62,606 bases of DNA from Verrucomicrobiia bacterium (GTDB lineage: Bacteria > Patescibacteriota > Saccharimonadia > Saccharimonadales > Saccharimonadaceae): the NCBI GenBank assembly GCA_035493555.1, contig DATJIC010000007.1, positions 1-62,606 on the forward strand, in the 5' to 3' direction. Position 1 is the stretch's first letter; each line of letters opens with the position of its first letter. The notes below the pieces were generated by a model. It was not told the origin of the DNA, did not search any database, and saw only the letters and a program-made list of their open reading frames with translations. Made by a program: the position numbers and the translations under genes. This document shows, one piece after another, positions 27,905 through 36,448 of this stretch.

Positions 27905-28354
27905 TTATAGTTCGTCCAACTGCGCGTTCCGGCGCTTATATCGCGGCGCTGAGGCAAACGGCGTTTCTAACCATGTATCCAAAATATCTTTCCACTCTTT
28001 TTCGTCGTTGTGGAGCACCCGGGACGAGAGGCATAAAACATTACTGTCGTTATCGTTACGGGTCATACGCGCCTCATAGGCATCCCAAATAACACTGGCT
28101 CTAATGCCGCGAAAACGGTTAGCCGCCATACACATGCCTTGTCCGCCTCCGCACAGTAGAATACCGCGAGGGTCTTTGTCGTCGCTTCCAAGCACCTTAA
28201 GCGCTGCAAGCTGGGCAAATTCCGGAAAATCATCGGACGGATCAAGCTCTTTATCTCCTACATCTTCAACGTCGTAGCCGCGCTTTACGAGGTACGCAAA
28301 TACTTGCTCCTTCATCGCAAAGCCCTGATGGTCTGCACCCAAGAATATCTTCAT
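27905..28354 (-). CDS. rpiB: ribose-5-phosphate isomerase B
   Basis: 149 aa. It contains MKIFLGADHQG and LLCGGGQGMCMAANR, the RpiB/LacAB signature. Confidence 0.9.
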   Translation of the reverse strand: MKIFLGADHQGFAMKEQVFAYLVKRGYDVEDVGDKELDPSDDFPEFAQLAALKVLGSDDKDPRGILLCGGGQGMCMAANRFRGIRASVIWDAYEARMTRNDNDSNVLCLSSRVLHNDEKEWKDILDTWLETPFASAPRYKRRNAQLDEL

Positions 28355-28387
28355 GGTTTAAGTATAAGCATTTTTGCCTCAAAACAA

Positions 28388-28416
28388 AAGTGCCCCGGAT
28401 CACACCGGGACACTTT
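28388..28416 (-). terminator. rho-independent terminator after gap
   Basis: The minus strand reads AAGTGTCCCGG-TGTGAT-CCGGGGCACTT followed by TTGTTTT. The stem is 11 bp with one G-T pair. Confidence 0.55.
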
Positions 28417-28428
28417 ATATAACTTGGC

Positions 28429-29448
28429 TTAACGCTGGAGCGCGCGGCCGACATCGGCCACAAGTTCAACCAAACGGTTGCTGTAGCCCCACTCATTGTC
28501 GTACCAGGCAACAACCTTAATAAGATTACCGCCGACAACATTCGTCAACTTAAGGTCGACAATGGCGCTATGGCTATTCCCCTTAAAGTCGCTACTGACC
28601 AGTTCTTCTTCCGTAACATCCAAAATGCCTTGGTAAAACGGTTGGCCCGCAGCTTCTTTGAAGACCTTGTTAATCTCTTCGACGGTCGTGTCACGCTTTA
28701 AGACAACGGCAAAGTCGCTCATACTAACAACAGGGGTCGGTACGCGAACACTTAAACCGCCAAAGATACCCGCAAGCGCAGGAAGTGCTTTTGCCGCGGC
28801 GATGCTCGCACCTGTCGTCGTTGGGACAATATTCTCCGCAGCCGCACGTGCCTCGCGAAGGTCTTTTGCAGGCGCATCCTGCAGGCGTTGGCTTGCAGTG
28901 TAGCTGTGAACGGTTGTCATTAGCGCCTTTTCAATGCCAAAGTGGCCTTCAAGAACGGCCATAACCGGTGTGATACAGTTGGTCGTACAACTAGCGTTAC
29001 TAACGACATCCGTTGAACTTTCTATTTTATCTTCGTTAACCCCAAGAACAATCGTATCGGCACCCTCACCCTTGGCAGGAGCCGAGATAACCACCTTTTT
29101 AGCACCGCCGCCATCAATATGGGCACGTGCTTTGGCTGGATCGACGAAAAAGCCCGTACTTTCAATGACAACATCTACGCCGTGATCTTTCCAGGGAAGC
29201 TGCGCGGGTTCTTTTTCGGCTAGAACAGCGATATGCTGGCCATCGACAATAATACCGGTGTCGTCAAACCCGACTTCGTGCTGGTAGGTCCCGTACGACG
29301 AGTCGTGCTTTAAAAGATGCGCAAGCGTCTTCGTATCTGTAAGGTCGTTAATGGCAACCACCTTAAGATCGCTACGCTCAAACGCGATCTTAAAAGCGTT
29401 ACGCCCTATTCGGCCAAAACCGTTAATGGCAACATTTACTTGGCTCAT
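28429..29448 (-). CDS. gap: glyceraldehyde-3-phosphate dehydrogenase
   Basis: It starts at the ATG at 29448 (MSQVNVAINGFGRIGR), with AAGGAG upstream. The active site is SNASCTTNC. Confidence 0.95.
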   Translation of the reverse strand: MSQVNVAINGFGRIGRNAFKIAFERSDLKVVAINDLTDTKTLAHLLKHDSSYGTYQHEVGFDDTGIIVDGQHIAVLAEKEPAQLPWKDHGVDVVIESTGFFVDPAKARAHIDGGGAKKVVISAPAKGEGADTIVLGVNEDKIESSTDVVSNASCTTNCITPVMAVLEGHFGIEKALMTTVHSYTASQRLQDAPAKDLREARAAAENIVPTTTGASIAAAKALPALAGIFGGLSVRVPTPVVSMSDFAVVLKRDTTVEEINKVFKEAAGQPFYQGILDVTEEELVSSDFKGNSHSAIVDLKLTNVVGGNLIKVVAWYDNEWGYSNRLVELVADVGRALQR

Positions 29449-29567
29449 GTGAAATCCCACTCCTTTTTTATTTCTAGCATTAGCATTTCGCCTTTATTAT
29501 ATACTGTTTATACTTATGCGCAAAGATAATTAACGATTGCCAATATTACACACTAATATTTTAGGTT

Positions 29568-29596
29568 TTGCAATAAAACTAGTCGTGATTTATACT
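29568..29596 (+). promoter_or_regulatory. sigma70-type promoter TTGCAA-N17-TATACT, 8 nt upstream of the rel ATG (leaderless)
   Basis: Positions 29568-29573 read TTGCAA. A 17-nt spacer follows, then 29591-29596 TATACT, then AGTAGGAC and the ATG at 29605. Confidence 0.55.
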
Positions 29597-29604
29597 AGTA
29601 GGAC

Positions 29605-31143
29605 ATGAAGAAACATCATCTTCTCGATCAAGCCAAGCTTCACTACGAAGAGGACCAGGTCCTTGAGCTGGAACATGCGGTTGACTTTGCTATTAAAGCG
29701 CACGAAGGGCAAAAGCGAAAAAGCGGCGAGCCGTACGTCTCCCACCCTCTCGCCGTGGGCGTTACATTAATTGATTGGGGCATGGATATAGACACAATCA
29801 TTGCCGGCGTGCTCCACGACACGGTCGAGGACACCGAAGCCACTCTTGAGACAATCGAGAACCTATTTGGCCGGGATGTCGCTTTTTTGGTTGACGGCGT
29901 CACCAAGGTTTCGCAGGCGCGTGCCGGCATGCGCAACCTAGAGAGCTACCTGCCGCAAACGAAAGACAATCTCTCTAAACTACTCATTGCGGTCGGACAG
30001 GACGTGCGCGTGATTATCATAAAACTGGCCGACCGGCTCCATAATCTCTCTACCCTACAGTATATGCCGCGGGATAAGCAGGTAAAGATCGCCCGGGAGA
30101 GCCTTGAGGTTTTTGCCCCTATGGCCGATAGGCTAGGTATGGGCCGCGTGCGCATGCAAATAGAGGAGCTGGCATTTAGTTACCTCGACCCCAAAGAATA
30201 CCAGCATCTCCAGAATCTCATGAAAAAGCGGCTTGGCAAAAGTACCCGGAAGCTAGGTGCAGTCCGTCAGGAAGTAGAGACCACTCTCAAAAAACACGAC
30301 ATTGATTTTGAGGTGAACGGACGTGTAAAAAGCATCTATAGTCTGTACAAAAAACTGAGAAAAGTCAGCGGGAACATTGATGACATCTACGATTTAATGG
30401 CGCTTCGTATTGTAGTAAAAAACAAAGAGGACTGTTATAAAGTGCTTGGCATCCTCCATTCGATGTATCAGCCGATGATATCCCGCATTAAAGACTACAT
30501 TGCCGTTCCAAAGCCGAACGGCTACCAAAGTTTGCACACTACTGTTATTACACCCAGTAAACAGATTGTCGAGTTTCAGATTCGCACCTACGAAATGCAC
30601 GACTATGCCGAGCGGGGACTTGCTGCGAGTTTCCATTATCATGAAAGCAAAGATTCAAAGGACTACACCCGTAAGCGGACGGCCTCGAGCCTTCCGAGCC
30701 AGCTCCAGTGGATCACCCAGCTGCAAGAAATCGCCTCGCACCTTCGTTCAGGCGAAGAAATATCCGACGACCAGCTAAACGTCGATCTCTTTGGAGACCG
30801 CATTTTTGTTTACTCCCCTAAGGGTGACATTTATAACCTGCCCGAAGGCGCGCTTCCGCTGGACTTTGCCTACATGGTTCACAGTGACATTGGCAAGCAT
30901 GCGTACAGCTTTAGAGTAAACGGCAACATCCACTCGTTCGACAAGCCACTGCAAAATGGCGACATGGTCGAGGTAATTACCCGTAAACTTTCTCTTCCGA
31001 AGCAATCTTGGCTCGACCTTACGAAAACCAGCCACGCCCGCGCAAAACTTCGCAGCCAGTTAAAAAAGCTGGACGTTATTGAAACTATCAGCGACGCGGC
31101 AAATATTATAAAGCAAAAGGCGCTCCGTAAACGGAAAAACTAG
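29605..31143 (+). CDS. rel: bifunctional (p)ppGpp synthetase/hydrolase, short form (HD, synthetase and TGS domains; no C-terminal ZFD/ACT-RRM)
   Basis: 512 aa. It contains HD motifs (HPLAVG..., LHDTVEDT), synthetase motifs (YDLMALRIVV, YQSLHTTV) and a TGS domain (IFVYSPKGDIYNLPEGALPLDFAY). The protein ends about 60 aa after TGS. Confidence 0.85.
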   Translation: MKKHHLLDQAKLHYEEDQVLELEHAVDFAIKAHEGQKRKSGEPYVSHPLAVGVTLIDWGMDIDTIIAGVLHDTVEDTEATLETIENLFGRDVAFLVDGVTKVSQARAGMRNLESYLPQTKDNLSKLLIAVGQDVRVIIIKLADRLHNLSTLQYMPRDKQVKIARESLEVFAPMADRLGMGRVRMQIEELAFSYLDPKEYQHLQNLMKKRLGKSTRKLGAVRQEVETTLKKHDIDFEVNGRVKSIYSLYKKLRKVSGNIDDIYDLMALRIVVKNKEDCYKVLGILHSMYQPMISRIKDYIAVPKPNGYQSLHTTVITPSKQIVEFQIRTYEMHDYAERGLAASFHYHESKDSKDYTRKRTASSLPSQLQWITQLQEIASHLRSGEEISDDQLNVDLFGDRIFVYSPKGDIYNLPEGALPLDFAYMVHSDIGKHAYSFRVNGNIHSFDKPLQNGDMVEVITRKLSLPKQSWLDLTKTSHARAKLRSQLKKLDVIETISDAANIIKQKALRKRKN

Positions 31144-31152
31144 CCCATCAAA

Positions 31153-31179
31153 AAACGCTCCCTTTATCCGGGAGCGTTT
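31153..31179. terminator. bidirectional terminator between convergent rel and ppa
   Basis: The stem is AAACGCTCCC/GGGAGCGTTT, 10 bp with a 7-nt loop. A T-run follows on the minus strand. Confidence 0.6.
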
Positions 31180-31195
31180 AAAAATATTATAAAAC

Positions 31196-31726
31196 TTATT
31201 GTCCGTTCCAGCGTTCGATAGACTCGTGAATAACCGCTTTGGCCTCTTCAATATCACCCCAGCTTTTCACAATAGTTGTGCCTGGTTTTTTAAGATCTTT
31301 GTAGTGATTAAAGTGAAACTCAATCTGCTTGATTAGCTGTGCAGGTAGGTCGCTAAGCGCACTGACGGCGTTGCCCGTGTTACGGTCATCTGCAGGTACG
31401 GCAACGATCTTGTCGTCAACTTCACCGTCGTCTTCAAATTTCATAACACCGATAACTTTCGCTTCCAAAAAGATACCTGTTGGCAGCGGCGCGTCAGTAA
31501 CCAGCAAGACGTCAAGCTCGTCGCCATCTTCGTCAAGCGTTTGCGGGATAAAACCGTAATTGGTAGGTTTTGCAAAAACCGAAGGTTCAACGCGGTCAAG
31601 TTGCATTACTGCCAAGTTGCGGTTCCATTCGATCTTGTGCATGCTGCCGGCAGGAATCTCGATAACAACGTTAACAACGCCTTCATCGACATTGCCGGGC
31701 GTAAGAATTTTATTAAAATCAGCCAT
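31196..31726 (-). CDS. ppa: inorganic pyrophosphatase (family I)
   Basis: 176 aa. It contains NYGFIPQTL..DGD.LDVLV, the family I PPase signature. Confidence 0.9.
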   Translation of the reverse strand: MADFNKILTPGNVDEGVVNVVIEIPAGSMHKIEWNRNLAVMQLDRVEPSVFAKPTNYGFIPQTLDEDGDELDVLLVTDAPLPTGIFLEAKVIGVMKFEDDGEVDDKIVAVPADDRNTGNAVSALSDLPAQLIKQIEFHFNHYKDLKKPGTTIVKSWGDIEEAKAVIHESIERWNGQ

Positions 31727-31786
31727 GTAGGTCTCCTTTGATTAACTGTCCCTATTGTAGCAAATTTGCTATACTTAGGGGTAATT

Positions 31787-32488
31787 ATGTTAGTAATTGG
31801 ACACCGTGGTGCGGCTGGTCTTGCCCCGGAAAATAGCATGGAAGCAATGCGGACCGGCCTAAAAGCGGGGGCCGATTGTTTGGAATTTGACGTTCGTCTT
31901 ACAAAAGACAAAATTCCCGTTCTTACCCACGATTTTCATACATTGCGAACACATCGTGACACGTCTATTATTTCGCACCACACACTTGCAGAGCTTCAGG
32001 AACGAACAAAGAAACAGCCGATCGTACCGCTCACCCAGGTACTCGATAGCTTTTTTGGAGTCATTCTTTTAAACATAGAGCTGAAAGGCCGTGGCACCGG
32101 AAAGGTCGTTGCTGAGCTGCTAAAAAACAACTATGTCAAAAAAGCTGAAAAAAAATGGGACAACGTGCTTTTTTCTTCGTTTCGCGGGTCGGAACTCTCA
32201 GCCATTCGCTCGGTCAGTAAATACGCCAATCTTGCGTTATTGCACAGCGAAAACCCATTTATTTTCATCGCCTACCACCGCCGCCTCAGGTTAGCGGCTG
32301 TCGGTTTTCACCGCCTTTACATTAACCGTTTCGCATTAGAAATTGCAAAGCGGGCCGGACTCTTTGTGTATGCCTATACCGTCAACCGTCCGCATAGCGC
32401 CCTTATGCTCGCCCAGCAGGGCATCGATGGTATCGTTACCGATAGGCCAAACAGTATTCTTACAGAAGTTAAAAAATACGCCGACTAA
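31787..32488 (+). CDS. glycerophosphodiester phosphodiesterase family protein
   Basis: I start it at the ATG at 31787 (MLVIGHRGAAGLAPENS). It also has EFDVRLTKD and a C-terminal GIDGIVTDRP. The track ORF begins at an upstream TTG. Confidence 0.8.
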   Translation: MLVIGHRGAAGLAPENSMEAMRTGLKAGADCLEFDVRLTKDKIPVLTHDFHTLRTHRDTSIISHHTLAELQERTKKQPIVPLTQVLDSFFGVILLNIELKGRGTGKVVAELLKNNYVKKAEKKWDNVLFSSFRGSELSAIRSVSKYANLALLHSENPFIFIAYHRRLRLAAVGFHRLYINRFALEIAKRAGLFVYAYTVNRPHSALMLAQQGIDGIVTDRPNSILTEVKKYAD

Positions 32489-32505
32489 CTTCCGGCGTAT
32501 TTTTT
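32471..32505. terminator. bidirectional terminator between convergent glpQ-like and trxB genes
   Basis: The stem is AAAAAATACGCCG/CGGCGTATTTTTT, 13 bp with a 9-nt loop. The left arm overlaps the last codons of the + strand gene. Confidence 0.65.
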
Positions 32506-32521
32506 ACTTAGTACAAGTGCA

Positions 32522-33475
32522 CTATGCTTTTTTAGTTTTTGCATGGTCCTGGGCGTCCAGGTATTCGCGGATAGACAGCGCTGCTGTCGCACCCTCGCCA
32601 ACCGCGCTTGCAACCTGCATTGTCGCACCGCTCCTCACGTCGCCGCTTGCATAAATACCGGCCAGATTCGTGGAGAGATGCCTGTCAGTTTTAATCAGCC
32701 CCTGTTCGTCTAGCTCGACGCCGCTACCCGCCAAAAACTGCGTGTTTGGCTTAAGGCCGACAAACACAAACACGCCATCGCTCTCAAAATCAACCGTTTC
32801 GCCAGCTTTGGTTGCGTTAACACCTGATACTTTTCCATCTTTGGTGGTAATTTCGTTTACCGACGTCTGCAGATGAACCGTTACTTTACCTTCATCAACA
32901 AATTTTTGCATTTGTTCCTGAAGAATCTCGCTTGCTTTTACAGTGCTGCGTACAAGCAGGTCGATATGCGTTGCAAAGCGCGTAAGAAAGATTGCTTCTT
33001 GATAGCCAGAGTTTCCACCACCAACAACCACTAACCGTTTATCGCGGTAAAAGGCACCGTCGCAGGTTGCACAGTAATGAACGCCTCTGCCGTAATATTC
33101 TTTTTCGCCAGGAACACCAAGCTTATTGTAGTCGCTTCCGGTTGCAATAAGGACCGTGCGAGCCCTTACTTCGTTGTCGTCAACAACGACAACTTTTACA
33201 TCACCTTCGTCCCTAATGGCCGAAACGTCGCCGTATTCAATTTGGGCGCCAAAACGCTCTGCTTGTTTTTCAAGCCGTTCCGCCAGTTCGAGCCCCGGCA
33301 CACCTTCAGGAAACCCAGGGTAATTATCTACTTGGTCGGTTATAGCAGCCAACCCCCCGATAACACCTTTTTCATAGAGCACCGTGTCAATGCCCTCGCG
33401 AGTCGTGTAGACTGCGGCGGCCAGTGCACTTGGGCCCGCCCCAATCATTATCACATCTCTGACTTTCTCTTCCAT
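32522..33475 (-). CDS. trxB: thioredoxin-disulfide reductase
   Basis: 317 aa. It contains GAGPSALAAA (FAD), the CATCDG redox centre and GGGNSG (NADPH). Confidence 0.9.
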   Translation of the reverse strand: MEEKVRDVIMIGAGPSALAAAVYTTREGIDTVLYEKGVIGGLAAITDQVDNYPGFPEGVPGLELAERLEKQAERFGAQIEYGDVSAIRDEGDVKVVVVDDNEVRARTVLIATGSDYNKLGVPGEKEYYGRGVHYCATCDGAFYRDKRLVVVGGGNSGYQEAIFLTRFATHIDLLVRSTVKASEILQEQMQKFVDEGKVTVHLQTSVNEITTKDGKVSGVNATKAGETVDFESDGVFVFVGLKPNTQFLAGSGVELDEQGLIKTDRHLSTNLAGIYASGDVRSGATMQVASAVGEGATAALSIREYLDAQDHAKTKKA

Positions 33476-33514
33476 CTCTAACCTTTTTCTTATTTTACTA
33501 TATTTAGTATAGCA

Positions 33515-34180
33515 CTATTGCACATTGTTTTTATTGTAGTAGTCTAATAGTTCTTGTGGCACCGCCGGCTCCGCAATTGCGTCGGGCGTAGGGATAACCA
33601 TAATAACGAACTTCAGTGGCGAGTTAGCTGGGATCTTATCTCCGCTTCCTGTGCTCCCGTATCCCTTGTCAGCAGGAATTGTCAGCTCGCGGACACCGCC
33701 AACCTTCATGCCGTCGACACCCTCGGTCCAGCCGGTAATCACCCCGCCTGGCTTCACATTAAGAGGCGCTTTTAACGCTCCGCCGCTAATGGAACTATCG
33801 AATACTTTTCCGTCAGGAGTCCAACCAATGTAATAGGCGGTGAATGTTGACTTCTGCGTCAGCTTCTCGCCTGACCCCTCTTTAAGATCCTCTTTTTTAA
33901 GCGTCGTGACATTGCTCTTGTTGAATTTTGCCGGTTTATTAGAGTACTTGTTGAAATCAGAATAGTACTTGCCTGACAGCTTTTTCGCCTGGGCATCTAC
34001 TTTATCCTGGTATACTTTGTAATCTTTTTGATATTGCGCCGATAGTTCCTGGATTTTTGCTTTGTCTGCCGTATCATTTTTACTGGCAAGTACCATTACG
34101 GCAAACGACCCGATGGTTCCGATAACCATAACAATTGCAATAATCCAAATACCTATGCGCTGACTTTTAGGTGTCGCCAT
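33515..34180 (-). CDS. membrane-anchored FKBP-type peptidyl-prolyl cis-trans isomerase
   Basis: 221 aa. It has an N-terminal TM segment and a C-terminal FKBP_C pattern (YIGWTPDGKVFDSS...GVITGWTEGVDGMKVGGVRELTIP...GYG). Confidence 0.85.
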   Translation of the reverse strand: MATPKSQRIGIWIIAIVMVIGTIGSFAVMVLASKNDTADKAKIQELSAQYQKDYKVYQDKVDAQAKKLSGKYYSDFNKYSNKPAKFNKSNVTTLKKEDLKEGSGEKLTQKSTFTAYYIGWTPDGKVFDSSISGGALKAPLNVKPGGVITGWTEGVDGMKVGGVRELTIPADKGYGSTGSGDKIPANSPLKFVIMVIPTPDAIAEPAVPQELLDYYNKNNVQ

Positions 34181-34236
34181 AAAACAGTCTCTTCCCTCAC
34201 TAATTTATTCGTTTCCAGTATAGCAGATACGAAGGA

Positions 34237-35433
34237 CTATTTCGATGATTGCTCAACCGAAGTTGGCAGAAAGTAATCGTCTTCCATAATTGTTGAGGCA
34301 TGCCACACGCCCAGCGCCTGGCCCAGCGGAAGCATGTCGGAATACCCGACAAAATCGGCTGCTCGGCGTAGTACGGCGGCGATCCAACCGTATAGCCGAA
34401 TTCCATGCCATTCGAATACTGACCATTTTTCACCGACAGGAATGATAACAATCGGCTGTACAGCTTTATATTCTTTGGGGCGCCAGCCACGCTGTTCGCG
34501 CAGGATATTTTTTGCAACAAACTTTGCGTCATGCAGCGCAGTCTGCGCAAGACCTGTATACAGGGTGGCGGCATTATCTCCTATGACATACAGGTCGTCT
34601 GCGGCACGCATGTACTGGTCGACTGCAATACGGCCACGTGGGGCAAACTTAAACTGGTCTTTGTTTTTTTCATAAAATGGGCTGTTGGCGACGCCGGATG
34701 TCCAAATAACCGTCTGGCTCTTGATCGGCTTGCCGCTCACCATGATAGCGTCTGCTGTTTCCGACTGGACTGCTTTGCCAACCTGCACGCTTACTCCCAG
34801 CTTCTTCAAACGCTTCGCAACGCGTCGGCTCGCCCGTTCGCTCATCCGCGGCAAAATCCGCGGCGCCGCTTCAATAAGATCAATCCTGATAGCATGCTTT
34901 TTTAGTCCGTAATGATCGCTAAGCCGTTTTAGGTATGACCCAAGCGCGGCCGCAAGCTCGACGCCAGTAGGGCCGCCCCCAACAACAACATAGTGCTTGT
35001 CCATCGTGTGGCGTTCGGCAATATCGTGGTAAATATGCCGCTTTAGTTCTTTGACTTCTTCCTCCGATTTAATACCATAAGCATACGACTCAAGCCCTTC
35101 GATATTGAAGTAGGTCGTTACCGATCCAAGCGCCAGGATACAACGTTCGTAGTGATACGTTTTACCCGATGTCCCCTTGAGTTGTTTTTCTTTGGCATCA
35201 ATCTTTTCGATCTTATCCATAAAAACGGTAATATTTTTTTTACCGGCAAAAATCTCGCCAAGCGGAACCCAAGATTCTAGATGGCTATGGCCCGTTGCCG
35301 AGCTATACAGTGCGGGATAATACTGAAAGTCTGCCTTATCACTAATTAACGTAATATGATTTGCCGGGTTCTTTGCCAGCTCCAAAGCAGATTTTATTCC
35401 ACCAAAACCGCCACCTACGATAGTAATATTCAT
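34237..35433 (-). CDS. ndh: type II NADH:quinone oxidoreductase (NDH-2)
   Basis: 398 aa with two dinucleotide folds (IVGGGFGG and VVVGGGPTGVE) and VIGDNA near the C-terminus. Confidence 0.85.
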   Translation of the reverse strand: MNITIVGGGFGGIKSALELAKNPANHITLISDKADFQYYPALYSSATGHSHLESWVPLGEIFAGKKNITVFMDKIEKIDAKEKQLKGTSGKTYHYERCILALGSVTTYFNIEGLESYAYGIKSEEEVKELKRHIYHDIAERHTMDKHYVVVGGGPTGVELAAALGSYLKRLSDHYGLKKHAIRIDLIEAAPRILPRMSERASRRVAKRLKKLGVSVQVGKAVQSETADAIMVSGKPIKSQTVIWTSGVANSPFYEKNKDQFKFAPRGRIAVDQYMRAADDLYVIGDNAATLYTGLAQTALHDAKFVAKNILREQRGWRPKEYKAVQPIVIIPVGEKWSVFEWHGIRLYGWIAAVLRRAADFVGYSDMLPLGQALGVWHASTIMEDDYFLPTSVEQSSK

Positions 35434-35515
35434 GCTATTTTCTGCTCTTTCTGTATATAGTAGTTGTCTCTATTCCCTACCATCATACCGTTCCCCCTCC
35501 CTGATAGCAATATGC

Positions 35516-36379
35516 TTATGGCAAGAGCCACTCAAGGGAGATCATGGCACAAAATGCAAGGAGAATAATAAGGGAGAAACGGAACATACGGCGCGCCCAC
35601 GCATCGATATCTTTTGCCTTAAATCCCTTTACGCCTAGCCAGATCCAGTAAACGCCCAAAAGACCCATAACAGCAAAGTAGCAATAGCCCGCATACCCAT
35701 AAACGGTAAGTAGCAACGTGGAAATAACAAAGGCAACGGTATAGACAAGAATCTGCAGCCGGGTCTGCTCTTTACCCTTTACAACAGAAATAACCGGCAC
35801 GCCAGCAGCCTTGTATTCTTTCATGCGGTAAATAGCAATCGAGTAAAACTCGGGCATTTGCCACAAGAACATCACCGCAAACACAATAATCGCTCCCGGA
35901 TCAATCGCTCCTGTCACTGCAACGTACCCGGCAAGGATCGGAACCGCCCCGGAGATACTGCCGACAAGCGTACCATGGATAGACAGCCGTTTTGAGAGCA
36001 TCCCATAGAACACTACATAGTCGACAAATCCGATAATCCCAACAATAACGACAAGCCAATTTGTCCAGGCAATCAGGACACCAAGTCCTACAAGCCCGAG
36101 TACAATCGACAGAACAACCGCGTCTCTTCCTTTTACCTGACCCGCAACAATAGCACGTTGCTTAGTCCGCGCCATTTTACTGTCGATATCCTGATCCAGA
36201 AAGTTATTAAGCACACACGCCGAAGCTATAACAAGTGTCGAGCCAACGACAAGCGCGAGAAAAAGCAGAAAATCAATGTGTCCGTTTGCTGCCAGTAAAA
36301 ATCCGGCTGCCGCGGTGAGCGCGTTGCCATATAGGACGCCCGGCTTGGTTAGTGAGTAATATTCTTTAAAGGTCGCCAT
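35516..36379 (-). CDS. cyoE: protoheme IX farnesyltransferase (heme O synthase)
   Basis: 287 aa, polytopic, with UbiA-family motifs (NNFLDQDIDSKMARTKQR). Confidence 0.9.
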   Translation of the reverse strand: MATFKEYYSLTKPGVLYGNALTAAAGFLLAANGHIDFLLFLALVVGSTLVIASACVLNNFLDQDIDSKMARTKQRAIVAGQVKGRDAVVLSIVLGLVGLGVLIAWTNWLVVIVGIIGFVDYVVFYGMLSKRLSIHGTLVGSISGAVPILAGYVAVTGAIDPGAIIVFAVMFLWQMPEFYSIAIYRMKEYKAAGVPVISVVKGKEQTRLQILVYTVAFVISTLLLTVYGYAGYCYFAVMGLLGVYWIWLGVKGFKAKDIDAWARRMFRFSLIILLAFCAMISLEWLLP

Positions 36380-36448
36380 ATACTAAATGGCTCCACAATT
36401 AGTCTTAGTCTTTATATACATAGTCATTACTGTTACCCCTGGGAAATA

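Noticed and set aside
34200-34574. A 124-aa ORF overlapping the 3' end of ndh, and similar nested same-strand ORFs (for example 28266-28541 and 59318-59518)
   Set aside because: They are out of frame within, or overlapping, strongly supported genes or the tRNA. They have no motifs and no translation signals.
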